A DNA stretch of 25,574 nucleotides from Bdellovibrionia bacterium (lineage in GTDB: Bacteria; Bdellovibrionota; UBA1018). The translations under genes and the position numbers were made by a program. Of the stretch, positions 8,854-17,948 are shown piece by piece (the stretch's first letter is position 1; each line of letters begins with the position of its first letter). Where the stretch lies: contig JBJMMA010000230.1 of the NCBI GenBank assembly GCA_045805065.1, forward strand, positions 1-25,574, read 5' to 3'. The notes under the pieces were generated by a model. It saw only the letters and a program-made list of their open reading frames with translations, was not told where the DNA came from and searched no databases.

Positions 8854-9419
8854 TGACCAGGCTTCTTTTTCGCACACTCAATGGTCCAGCCCTGGTGCTT
8901 CTGACCTTGATCGGGATCGCGATCCAGACGAGCTTTTTCTCGTTCTGGATTCTTCCGTACTTTCAGCCTGATATTGTGCTTCTCATGGTCATCTGGTGCG
9001 CGCTTCGTCGCGACTTCGTTGAGGGCGGCATCCTGACCCTGATCGTCTCCGATATTGCTGAGATCCACAGCGCTGCGCCTGCAGGCCTGTTTTTGATCTC
9101 TTATATGCTGGTCTATCTTCTGGTGCGGCTTGCAGCGCGCATCTTTGTGATCCCGGACCTCTCCTCTTTTCTTTTGGTCACATTGCTTGCGACCGCTTTA
9201 GAGAAAATCACGAATCTCTGCCTTCTCTCGCTTCTGGGCGCACAAGGCACACAGGTTCGCCATACTTTGGTTTATCTCTTCCCCGTCGCCATTGTGAACG
9301 CGGTTCTGGGCCGCTGGCTTTACCGCTGGGCTGAGAAATTTGATTGGGTAACGTTTAAGAACGCGCAAGCGGATCGGGCTCTAGAAGATGAGCTGCAACT
9401 TGAGAATCAGGGAATCTGA
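8853..9419 (+). CDS. mreD: Rod shape-determining protein MreD
   Basis: About five TM helices and a QPDIVLL motif. TAATG overlap with mreC, and located between mreC and PBP2. Confidence 0.85.
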   Translation: MTRLLFRTLNGPALVLLTLIGIAIQTSFFSFWILPYFQPDIVLLMVIWCALRRDFVEGGILTLIVSDIAEIHSAAPAGLFLISYMLVYLLVRLAARIFVIPDLSSFLLVTLLATALEKITNLCLLSLLGAQGTQVRHTLVYLFPVAIVNAVLGRWLYRWAEKFDWVTFKNAQADRALEDELQLENQGI

Positions 9420-9435
9420 CCGAGGCATTTGAGAG

Positions 9436-11538
9436 ATGGCATTCTTAGGTCAAGAAGAGCAAATTAGAGAGTTTCAGGACAGGTTCAAATACCTCTACGT
9501 GGCGGTGTTTATCGGACTTGGCCTTCTGCTTTCCCGATTGGTTTATCTGCAGATCCTGCAAGGCGATCGCATGCGCCAATATTCTGAAGATAACCGCATC
9601 AAGCGCGTGAAGATCGATGCTCCTCGCGGAATGATCTTCGATCGGACGCGAAAGATGCTGATCGACAATCGCCCGGCGTTTGACCTGGAAGTCGTTCCTC
9701 AATACCTTAAGGAATCCAAGCAAACGGCTCAGGTCGTTACGCAGCTCTCCAAGCTCGTCAACATGCCTGAGAAGGACATCTATAGAATTCTGGACAAGGC
9801 CAAAGGTCAGCCGACCTTCATGCCGGTGAAGATCAAGACCGATCTGTCGCGCGACGAAGTCGCGGCAGTCGAGTCCTGGAAGATCGACATGCCAGGCGTG
9901 GAAGTTCGTACCGAGATCAAGCGCACGAATATCTATGGAGACATCGCCTCCCACTTGATGGGTTACATCGGCGAAGTGAACTCCGCTGAGATGCCTTATC
10001 TCAAAGCCAACGGCAAAGACTACAAACTGGGTGACCGAATCGGCAAGTTCGGACTTGAGCAGCGCCTGGAAGACACCCTTCGCGGCGTGGACGGTGAAGA
10101 GCTCAAGGAAGTCGATGCTCTTGGACGCATCAAGCTGGATCGCAATCGCGGTCGCGTCCTGAACGCAATCCCTGGCAAAGACGCCACACCGGGCAGAAAT
10201 CTGGTTTTAACGATCGATCAAGACCTTCAAATGGCCGCAAGCCAGGCCTTTGAGGATAAAATCGGCTCCATGGTCGCCATTGATCCTCGCTCAGGCGAGA
10301 TCCTGGCCATGATGTCGCGTCCATCGTTTGATCCGACCGAGTTCTCTCGCGGAATCTCTGCGCAGCTTTGGAAAAAGCTGATCATGAACGAGAATCATCC
10401 TCTTCGCGACAAGACGATTCAGGATCACTATCCGCCGGGTTCGACCTTCAAGATTTTCACCGCGATTGCGGGCCTTGAAGAAGGCGTGATCGATGAGCAT
10501 ACGACCTTTAATTGCAGCGGCGCGCTTCGCGTCGGTAACCATCCTTTCCACTGCTGGCAAAAGCACGGCCACGGCGCGATCAATGTGGTGACCGCGATCA
10601 CTCAATCGTGTGACGTTTTCTTTTATCGCGTGGCGATGAAGCTCAAGAGCGTTGACCAGATCGCTTACTGGGCCCAGCACCTGGGACTTGGCAAAAAGAC
10701 TGGCATCATCCTGAAGGGCGAAGTTCCTGGCCTGATTCCTACCGAAGAATGGAAGATGAAGCGCTTCAAGCAACCTTGGCAGGGCGGCGAGACCCTCTCG
10801 GTCGCCATCGGACAGGGCTACGTGCTTGCAACGGCCCTTCAGCTTGCCAATGCCTATGCGGCCATCGGAAACGGTGGAACGCTCTGGAAACCATTCCTCG
10901 TCAAACAGGTGGAAAGCTTTGAAGGCAAAGTCTTGAAAGAGTTCAAGCCTGAGGTCCTGGACAAGGCCAACCTTCACCCAAAAACCGTTGAACTGATCAA
11001 GCAGGGGCTCTGGGGCGTGGTCAACACGCAGCACGGAACGGCTCACAGGTACATGATCCCCGGCGTGGATTTTGTCGGAAAGACGGGAACCGCGCAGGTC
11101 ATGCAGATCTCGGCTGATAAGATTTATCAGCGCTGCGAGAACATGAAGTTCAGTGAGCGACATAACGGCGTGTTCGTGGGCTTTGCTCCGCTCAACAATC
11201 CGGTCATTGCGGTGGCCGTGATCGGCGAGCACATCTGCCACGGAACGAACGCAGCTCCGATCGCTCGCGCCGTCATTAAAACCTATCTGGAAAAATACTT
11301 CCCAGATCTCTACGGCCCGAAGGCCATTGCCGAGCGCCTTAAAACTCAGGGCGACAACGCAAAGCCTGTCTTTACGGCAGCCCCTCCTGCGCCTGCTCCT
11401 GGCCGTAACGATGAAGAAGACATTCAACCTGAAAACAACGAGCATTTGCCGAAGACGGCCGCAAAGCCACCCCTTCCGCCAACGCTTCCTTCGGACCCCG
11501 AAGAGATTTCAGCTCCCGATTTGAAATCGGACGATTAA
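9436..11538 (+). CDS. mrdA: Penicillin-binding protein 2 (class B transpeptidase)
   Basis: RLVYLQI, APRGMIFDR, GKFGLE, LTID, YPPGSTFK (SxxK), SCD (SxN position), KTGTAQ. Pro-rich acidic C-terminal tail. Confidence 0.97.
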   Translation: MAFLGQEEQIREFQDRFKYLYVAVFIGLGLLLSRLVYLQILQGDRMRQYSEDNRIKRVKIDAPRGMIFDRTRKMLIDNRPAFDLEVVPQYLKESKQTAQVVTQLSKLVNMPEKDIYRILDKAKGQPTFMPVKIKTDLSRDEVAAVESWKIDMPGVEVRTEIKRTNIYGDIASHLMGYIGEVNSAEMPYLKANGKDYKLGDRIGKFGLEQRLEDTLRGVDGEELKEVDALGRIKLDRNRGRVLNAIPGKDATPGRNLVLTIDQDLQMAASQAFEDKIGSMVAIDPRSGEILAMMSRPSFDPTEFSRGISAQLWKKLIMNENHPLRDKTIQDHYPPGSTFKIFTAIAGLEEGVIDEHTTFNCSGALRVGNHPFHCWQKHGHGAINVVTAITQSCDVFFYRVAMKLKSVDQIAYWAQHLGLGKKTGIILKGEVPGLIPTEEWKMKRFKQPWQGGETLSVAIGQGYVLATALQLANAYAAIGNGGTLWKPFLVKQVESFEGKVLKEFKPEVLDKANLHPKTVELIKQGLWGVVNTQHGTAHRYMIPGVDFVGKTGTAQVMQISADKIYQRCENMKFSERHNGVFVGFAPLNNPVIAVAVIGEHICHGTNAAPIARAVIKTYLEKYFPDLYGPKAIAERLKTQGDNAKPVFTAAPPAPAPGRNDEEDIQPENNEHLPKTAAKPPLPPTLPSDPEEISAPDLKSDD

Positions 11539-11554
11539 GTGAAGAGGCATTAAG

Positions 11555-12727
11555 ATGACGCATACGTCGATGGAAACTCCCGAAAGTCCCCAAGGCTACG
11601 AGGCTTATTCTAGCTCCAGCATGAACACGGGGATGTACGATGATGAGCTCAAGAAGTTCAATTGGAACCTGATCCTCTTGATGTTGGTGATCTTCGGGAT
11701 CGGCCTCGTCAACTTGCTCAGCGCCACAGGGGTTGAGGACAAATCCCTGGGTCTTTATAAAACGCAGCTTCTTTGGTTTGGCTTGGGAATGGGCTTGATG
11801 GCCGTCATTCTCCTTTTCCACTACTCCGTTTTCTCCCGGATCGCTTACTTGATTTACTTTGCCAATCTCTTGCTGCTCGTTGCAGTTCTGGTTGCCGGTA
11901 AATCATCGCTGGGCGCAAAGCGCTGGATTGGTTTCGGCGCGCTTCGCATTCAGCCTTCTGAGTTCATGAAGCTCTCGCTTGTCATCGGGCTTGCGAAATA
12001 CTTCGAGAACGATCGCACAGTGGGGGGCTATGGCCTCAGAGAACTTTGGCTTCCGGCCTTGCTGGTCGCCATTCCCGCGGGTCTCATCATGCTTCAACCG
12101 GACTTGGGAACAGCACTGATCATCTTAGCCACTTCCGGCACGATGATGCTTTTCTTGAAGATTGAAAGAAAAACCCTGATCGGGATTCTTGCCAGTGTTG
12201 CGATCATTGTTCCGGCCGCATACCAGTTTGCCCTGCAACCTTATCAAAAGCAGCGCATTGTCTCGTTCATCGATCCGATGTCGGACCCGAAGGGCGCGGG
12301 CTATAATTCCATTCAATCCATGATCGCCGTTGGAAGCGGACAGCTGACTGGCAAAGGCTGGAAAAAAGGTACGCAAAGCCAGCTCAACTTCCTTCCCGAG
12401 CATCATACGGACTTCATTTTCTCGGGCTTCAGTGAAGAATGGGGCTTCTTTGGCGGAGCGGTTCTCGTTGCCCTCTATCTGGTATTCATGATGAACGGCC
12501 TTTCGGTTGCCTATCAGTCCCACGACAAGTTCGGGGTCCTGCTTGCGATCGGGATCATGACGATCTTCTTCTGGCATATCTTCATCAACATGGGGATGGT
12601 CATGGGAATGCTTCCGATCGTCGGCGTGCCTTTGCCCTTCATGAGTTACGGCGGATCCTCGCTGATCACCTCACTTGTCGGGGTGGCAATTCTTACGAAC
12701 ATCGCGAACAAGAAGTTCATGTTTTAA
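11555..12727 (+). CDS. rodA: SEDS peptidoglycan glycosyltransferase RodA
   Basis: [41 protein letters not shown]; follows mrdA. Confidence 0.97.
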   Translation: MTHTSMETPESPQGYEAYSSSSMNTGMYDDELKKFNWNLILLMLVIFGIGLVNLLSATGVEDKSLGLYKTQLLWFGLGMGLMAVILLFHYSVFSRIAYLIYFANLLLLVAVLVAGKSSLGAKRWIGFGALRIQPSEFMKLSLVIGLAKYFENDRTVGGYGLRELWLPALLVAIPAGLIMLQPDLGTALIILATSGTMMLFLKIERKTLIGILASVAIIVPAAYQFALQPYQKQRIVSFIDPMSDPKGAGYNSIQSMIAVGSGQLTGKGWKKGTQSQLNFLPEHHTDFIFSGFSEEWGFFGGAVLVALYLVFMMNGLSVAYQSHDKFGVLLAIGIMTIFFWHIFINMGMVMGMLPIVGVPLPFMSYGGSSLITSLVGVAILTNIANKKFMF

Positions 12728-12741
12728 TGTAGGGTTTTTGC

Positions 12742-12769
12742 TTGCTGGCCGTTCGGCCCATGGTACGCT
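12742..12769 (+). promoter_or_regulatory. Possible sigma70 promoter with extended -10
   Basis: TTGCTG, 16 nt spacer, TACGCT preceded by TGg; upstream of AGGAG (12796-12800) and ATG 12807. Confidence 0.35.
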
Positions 12770-12806
12770 TAAGATATCTGAACATATTAAGGATCAGGAG
12801 CTACCC

Positions 12807-13196
12807 ATGTCCGACTCTGTACTCATGAAGAACAAGAAGATCTTCGTCACTGCTCTCACCGGTGCTTGCCTTGCCATGGCTATGACCATGCCAAGTTGCC
12901 CAGGCCAACAAGCCATGCAGCAACAGATCGACACCCTGCAAAGCAGCCAGCAAGACATGGCAACCAAGTTTCGCGGCCTCGAAGCCCAAGTGAAGACCGC
13001 CACCTCCGGTACGGATGAGCAAAAGAAAGTCATCGGCGAATTGACCGCTGCGGTCGCTGCTCAAAAGACGGCAATCGACAATCTCAACGCTGCCATCCAG
13101 CAAATGGACGCTAAAATCGCGACCTTATCTGCTCCTAAGGGCAAAGCTTCTGCGGCTAAACCAGCTGCGAAGCCAGCTCCTAAGCGTAAGCACTAA
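12807..13196 (+). CDS. Exported coiled-coil protein (probable lipoprotein) with a Lys/Ala/Pro-rich tail, 129 aa
   Basis: AGGAG SD 6 nt before ATG 12807. KNKK followed by a hydrophobic stretch and a Cys (MPSC, non-canonical lipobox). About 75 aa of heptad pattern, then the tail APKGKASAAKPAAKPAPKRKH. Confidence 0.8.
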   Translation: MSDSVLMKNKKIFVTALTGACLAMAMTMPSCPGQQAMQQQIDTLQSSQQDMATKFRGLEAQVKTATSGTDEQKKVIGELTAAVAAQKTAIDNLNAAIQQMDAKIATLSAPKGKASAAKPAAKPAPKRKH

Positions 13197-13228
13197 GCCT
13201 TGTATCCCTGCGTCATAGCAGGTATGAG

Positions 13229-14203
13229 ATGTCTGTGCCGAACGAGACCTCTCAAACAGAAGCTTCTCAATCCGATGCTTGGGCAAAGACCCATTATTCC
13301 TATAGCCGTTACCTCAAAGAGACCTTTGGCGGTAAGACGTACAAGATCGTCGTAGGAAGTGGATTGACCTGTCCTACCCGGGACGGGACGCTTGCAAAGC
13401 GCGGTTGTGCCTTTTGCGACCTCCGTGGCTCAAGCTCGTTTTTTGGAAAAAAAGGCCGGGGAGCCTCCGTTTCGGATCAGATCCAGGCCCGCATGCCCGG
13501 CATCCGCGAGCGTTTCGGGGCTGAGAAGTTTCTGGCCTACTTTCAAAGCTATACCAACACTTATTCTGATGTGGGTTACCTCCGGGAAATTTACGAAGAG
13601 GCTCTCGCTCAACCGGGTATCTCCGGCCTGGCCATCGGCACCCGGCCCGATTGCATCCCGGATCCTGTGATCGATCTTCTCGAAGAGATTGCTTCCAAAA
13701 GCTACGTCTCGCTTGAGCTTGGGGTTCAATCGTTTGAGAACCCGACCTTGGAATGGCTGGATCGCGGTCATGATTCTCAATGCTCCATCGATGCCCTGAC
13801 GCGCCTTCGCGAGCGCGCCCCGCATGTCCACACCTGCGCGCATTTCATGTTTGGCAACCCGACGGATTCGCCGACCGCCGCGCGCGACGCAGCCCTGCTG
13901 CTCAACAAGCTCAATGTAAAAGGCGCAAAGCTTCACCAGCTCATGGTGCTGGAACATACGATCCTGGCAGAACGCTGGAAGGAATCCCCTTTTCACACGC
14001 TTTCGATCGAAGAATACACAAACGTTGTTGCGGATTTCATCGAGCATCTCTCGCCTGAGATCTACATTGAGCGCCTTTGCGCAACCGCAAGTCACAAGGA
14101 AGAATGCCTGGCACCTGAATGGAGCCGTGATCGCTGGGAGCCGCATAACCGCATTCGTGACATCCTGGTTGCGCGCGGTTGTTTTCAAGGTTCAAAGCTG
14201 TAG
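13229..14203 (+). CDS. TIGR01212-family radical SAM protein (YhcC/YtqA-like)
   Basis: TCPTRDG...GCAFC (Cx11Cx2C), AYFQSYTNTY, GTRPDC, ELGVQS, KLHQL family motifs. Confidence 0.92.
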   Translation: MSVPNETSQTEASQSDAWAKTHYSYSRYLKETFGGKTYKIVVGSGLTCPTRDGTLAKRGCAFCDLRGSSSFFGKKGRGASVSDQIQARMPGIRERFGAEKFLAYFQSYTNTYSDVGYLREIYEEALAQPGISGLAIGTRPDCIPDPVIDLLEEIASKSYVSLELGVQSFENPTLEWLDRGHDSQCSIDALTRLRERAPHVHTCAHFMFGNPTDSPTAARDAALLLNKLNVKGAKLHQLMVLEHTILAERWKESPFHTLSIEEYTNVVADFIEHLSPEIYIERLCATASHKEECLAPEWSRDRWEPHNRIRDILVARGCFQGSKL

Positions 14204-14317
14204 GCAACTGCCAACAGCATTTCTTCCTGTTTTCGAAAAAACCTACAATCTTTGTGTAAATAAGAACTTAATACGCCTCAGCAGGTCTTAAAACCGGATT
14301 GAGTGTGCAATTCTCAC

Positions 14318-14333
14318 TGGCATGACCATTGCT
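14318..14333 (+). promoter_or_regulatory. sigma54 (RpoN) -24/-12 promoter
   Basis: TGGCATGACCATTGCT (GG-N10-GC). Predicted TSS about 14344, ahead of AAGGAG (14354-14359) and ATG 14368. The upstream tract is AT-rich. Confidence 0.72.
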
Positions 14334-14367
14334 CAGGGGTGACTCCGTCTTTAAAGGAGTACCCAAT

Positions 14368-14814
14368 ATGAAGTCAAAGATCCTGATCGTTCCCCTGATC
14401 CCTCTCTGGGCCTGTACCTTGACCCTGCAGTCTTGCAGCTCATCCAAAAACGATTCCCCCTCCCTCCCAGCAAATACGACCCAAAGCATCTATCAATCGA
14501 TGCGTCCCGGAGACCTGGTCCGTGCGGCAGCCAACGGGGATGAAAACAAAGTGAGACAGCTCCTGCAAAGCGGTGCCGATGTGAATGAAACCGTGACGGT
14601 CACCGTTCCCTCCCACGGTAACATCGAGGCCCACTCAGAAGCGGTAACCCCATTACTCGCAGCCGTTGCTATGAATTATGAAAGCATCGCCTCCCTCCTG
14701 ATCAACTATCAGGCAAAGTCGGCGAATAGCTTCCAACCGAATTTTCAAGGTTTCACTGCCAAAGACTTTCTTCTTTACCGCGGCCAAAACGCAACCGCTT
14801 CGCTTTTGAGGTAA
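14368..14814 (+). CDS. Ankyrin-repeat lipoprotein (148 aa)
   Basis: AAGGAG SD. Signal peptide with LWAC/LQSC lipobox candidates and a Ser/Pro linker. Ankyrin motifs LVRAAANGDENKVRQLLQSGADVN, TPLLAAVAMNYESIASLLINYQA and GFTAKD. Confidence 0.85.
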   Translation: MKSKILIVPLIPLWACTLTLQSCSSSKNDSPSLPANTTQSIYQSMRPGDLVRAAANGDENKVRQLLQSGADVNETVTVTVPSHGNIEAHSEAVTPLLAAVAMNYESIASLLINYQAKSANSFQPNFQGFTAKDFLLYRGQNATASLLR

Positions 14815-14818
14815 TTTT

Positions 14819-17800
14819 ATGAAAACCAAGCTCACATCTTTCGTCTCCATCACTGCTCTTCTGACTTGCGGCCTGTTTGTTGGATTCCCGCACTCGTTTC
14901 CAATATCCGAAGCTCGGGCTGACGAAGTCCTGAAGATCTCGTATACGCCAGATGAAACCGACGCGCTCGCCTATGCAGCAAAAGCTCAACTCCATGTCCA
15001 ACAAAGCGGGCATGCGATTGAGGACAAGTTTCTCGCCCATCATATCGTTCAGCTTGTACGCGATAGCGCAGTCCAGGGAAAACGCATCGATTTCATTGAG
15101 CTCATGAGAGAAGCAAACCAGTTCAAGGATGAATCATCGAAAGAACTCCGCGTCGCAACTGGGGAGCTTAAAGTCGTGGATATGAAAGAGGCTGCGGACC
15201 GTTTCTATGCGATCTTCGACCATCTTCCCTTGCTTGGAGATTATATCTCAGGCTTTCACGCAGCGAACAACCTCATGAGCGAGCTCTACTCGAGCTCCAT
15301 TATCTCCAACAATCAAATCATGGCGCAGGTTCAACGCGCCCAGCGCATCCAATCGGTAAACGAGATCGGAGACGATGTATATGCCAAGCTTCAGGGGCTC
15401 GCCCGAAACGTGCCGCATATGGATATCGTCGTGGATGGCGTGTTTTCCCATGACTTCGGCGACGTCAGCGTGCATGACTCCGCACAAAACATTCGAGATG
15501 AGGATCCAGGCCTGAGCGCGAATCTTATTCTTCGCGAAAACTTAGGAGCAGACGGTCGCCTCAATGTTGACTTGAAGAGAGTCAAACAAGCCTTCTCAGA
15601 ACTCTCGCAATCTCTCCTGACCGAATTTCATCAGATCAATGGCGGGATAAAAGAGCTCAGAGCGCAAACGGACACGAAAAACATTTCAGAAAAGGAAACG
15701 AAAGATCGCCAAGCTTCAGCTGAGGCACAACAGCTTCAAGAAGCCATTCAACTCGACAATCTGCGAGCAGGAATGAGCCTCTACTGTCAACTAATCTCAA
15801 AATTTGATCCAAAAAATGGCCAAATCCTAAGCTCAACCGTTCAAGCAGGTTTCGACATGGCCCAATCCTTGAGCCGCTACAAACAAAGTATGGCCACTCT
15901 AAACAGTGCCTTGCCTGGATCAAAAGCCCTTTCATCCACCTCTACGTTTAGACTCACCACAGATTTAGTTCAAATTGGACTTTCTCTGGTCAACAGCCTT
16001 TTTTCCAGCGGCCCATCAGCCGACCAAATCATCTTGGATCAGATTTCAACTGTTCAAACCATGATCAAAGAACTCTCTCAAGCCATGCAAGAGAACTTTG
16101 TGCAAGTCGATGGCAAGCTCAGTGACGTTCTCAAGAAACTCGATGAGCAGATGTCAAAGCTCACCGAGATTGATTATGAATCCAAAGCTTCACGCTCTGA
16201 AATCGCTGAGATACAACGCGCTTTATTATCACAGGAAGCACAGTTGGATGTCCTCGAAGCTGACATTCTGCGGACGCTCCAAAGATCTTTTATCGCTGAA
16301 ATCGATCGAAAGAATCAAAAGTTCTGTTTGGAGAGCGATTCCTACACGTCCGCAAACTTCATGCCTTACGCTGACTATCGCGGATGTGTGGACGAGTTTG
16401 CGTCCTATGCTTCACGGCCTGCACATGATTTAGAAGCTCCGAGCTTCATCACAGCAGGCCCTCTCGGGACAAACATCGGCACGCTTTCCAAGCTTGCGAT
16501 GCAAAGAGGCAATTATGCCATGCTTCCATCTAAGGCGGATAAACTGGTTGACCCGATTGCATGGTCCATCGGAAGCACCGCTTACCTCAAACTTCTTGAG
16601 GCCCGCCCTGAGTTTGCGCACCTCACGAGCACTCGCGCCATTCAGGACATGCTATCTGACGGAAACGAACTTTTGCAGACTCTCCAGGGCATTACCGTGC
16701 TCCAGGACGGCAAAGGAGGCCTCATCAGCAATGCTCCGTTTCTCCTGGGCCTTGTTGACACCTACCTTTCTCAGGTGACCGAAGTTCAAAAGGCGATCGA
16801 CAAACAAAAAAACCTCTACCAGAGCAACCCTGATCAAGGAACTCACGGCTATACATTGTGGCCGGAAAAGACAGATGAGGTCACACTTCAATTCGGTAAG
16901 AAGATTCCTCGTTGCGGGGACAACAGCTCCAAAATGCCCCTTTTGGCCCCAAAAAGCCTGAATGAATCATTGCCAGCCGAAGTCAGAGCCCTGCAACAAT
17001 TGACAGGCAAGGGACTAGAGGTCTGTTACGACCTTCACCCTATGAAAACACGCACTGGAGACGTTCGCGCGATGCAGATGACCAACGACGTCTTCGTTGG
17101 CACAATCGCAAAACTTGGGATTGATTTAATCGCCTCCTATGATGGCGAGAGAATCTACAGTCGTCATGCCGAGACTGTGGAAATTGGAGCAGGCACTACG
17201 TCCGATCCAGATAGCGTCCTTGCGGATAACATGTCAGCGGTTCTGAGTGACTCGCCTGCTATAGACTTCATCGTGGCAGCAAATTGCCACTATCGAGGAC
17301 TCTCGGAGTTCGGTGAAATCATATCAAAGCAAGAAAAGCCAAGCCCAGATTGCTTGTACGGAAAGTTCCTCCAAGCAGATTTGTTCAGACAGCTTGAGTC
17401 GCCTCAAAATGACGCAGTTTCTGCTGATGAGAAAGCAGCAACCCTGACCCACGTTCGGGCAAAACTTGCAGAATCTCTGAGTAAACATCGGAGCCGGTTT
17501 CGTGTCGCTCTCATCGATAAAATCAAGCGTTCGGACGACATTCAGCAATCTTTGAAGGCACTCGAAGAAAGCGCGAACTCAATCATTGCCTACGTAAAAC
17601 TGGGTCTTCCAAAAAGTCTGGCCGAAAGCGATGCGCTTCGTGCCTCTATCTTTGGCAAAAACAAACTGTTGGGCAGCTCAGACATCGCTCGCCTCATCGA
17701 GTCGGATTCAAGCGGTGAAGAAATCGGCCAATTAAGCGAGACATTGACTTCACGGGCCGCATTGCTCAGAAATCAGCTTGCTGAGCTTTTGAAGTCTCCA

Positions 17801-17941
17801 ACTGTCGAAACGCAGCCATTGATCGAGGACACGATGAATCGACTGAAGATCGCGCTTGCTGCGCAGACCAAAGCCCTTCCACATGTCAGCATGGATGAAG
17901 CGTGGAACGACCTCAGATCGGCAGTGTCTTCAATCCGCTAA
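14819..17941 (+). CDS. Large secreted alpha-helical/coiled-coil protein (1040 aa); candidate pore-forming toxin-like effector
   Basis: 3.1-kb open frame starting 4 nt after the ankyrin gene. Signal peptide ending ARA/DE, an internal hydrophobic helix followed by about 90 aa of coiled coil, and three closely spaced Cys pairs. The CDS is well supported; the function is speculative. Confidence 0.8.
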   Translation: MKTKLTSFVSITALLTCGLFVGFPHSFPISEARADEVLKISYTPDETDALAYAAKAQLHVQQSGHAIEDKFLAHHIVQLVRDSAVQGKRIDFIELMREANQFKDESSKELRVATGELKVVDMKEAADRFYAIFDHLPLLGDYISGFHAANNLMSELYSSSIISNNQIMAQVQRAQRIQSVNEIGDDVYAKLQGLARNVPHMDIVVDGVFSHDFGDVSVHDSAQNIRDEDPGLSANLILRENLGADGRLNVDLKRVKQAFSELSQSLLTEFHQINGGIKELRAQTDTKNISEKETKDRQASAEAQQLQEAIQLDNLRAGMSLYCQLISKFDPKNGQILSSTVQAGFDMAQSLSRYKQSMATLNSALPGSKALSSTSTFRLTTDLVQIGLSLVNSLFSSGPSADQIILDQISTVQTMIKELSQAMQENFVQVDGKLSDVLKKLDEQMSKLTEIDYESKASRSEIAEIQRALLSQEAQLDVLEADILRTLQRSFIAEIDRKNQKFCLESDSYTSANFMPYADYRGCVDEFASYASRPAHDLEAPSFITAGPLGTNIGTLSKLAMQRGNYAMLPSKADKLVDPIAWSIGSTAYLKLLEARPEFAHLTSTRAIQDMLSDGNELLQTLQGITVLQDGKGGLISNAPFLLGLVDTYLSQVTEVQKAIDKQKNLYQSNPDQGTHGYTLWPEKTDEVTLQFGKKIPRCGDNSSKMPLLAPKSLNESLPAEVRALQQLTGKGLEVCYDLHPMKTRTGDVRAMQMTNDVFVGTIAKLGIDLIASYDGERIYSRHAETVEIGAGTTSDPDSVLADNMSAVLSDSPAIDFIVAANCHYRGLSEFGEIISKQEKPSPDCLYGKFLQADLFRQLESPQNDAVSADEKAATLTHVRAKLAESLSKHRSRFRVALIDKIKRSDDIQQSLKALEESANSIIAYVKLGLPKSLAESDALRASIFGKNKLLGSSDIARLIESDSSGEEIGQLSETLTSRAALLRNQLAELLKSPTVETQPLIEDTMNRLKIALAAQTKALPHVSMDEAWNDLRSAVSSIR

Positions 17942-17948
17942 CAGCAGC

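Noticed and set aside
7972..8877. 301-aa antisense ORF over mreC
   Set aside because: Shadow frame of a conserved gene caused by codon bias; no SD or motifs.
10291..11445. 384-aa antisense ORF within mrdA
   Set aside because: Entirely antisense to PBP2, with typical shadow-ORF composition.
12731..12746. GG-N10-GC spacing after rodA as a fifth sigma54 site
   Set aside because: Lacks the TGGC -24 core; a sigma70-like promoter explains the region better.
12675..12806. N-terminal extension of the coiled-coil ORF given in the ORF track
   Set aside because: Overlaps rodA. The AGGAG SD and the signal peptide position support ATG 12807.
13207..13222. Hairpin CCTGC-GTCATA-GCAGG as a terminator
   Set aside because: Only a 5-bp stem and no U-tract.
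13430..14188. 252-aa antisense ORF within the radical SAM gene
   Set aside because: Shadow of a well-supported gene.
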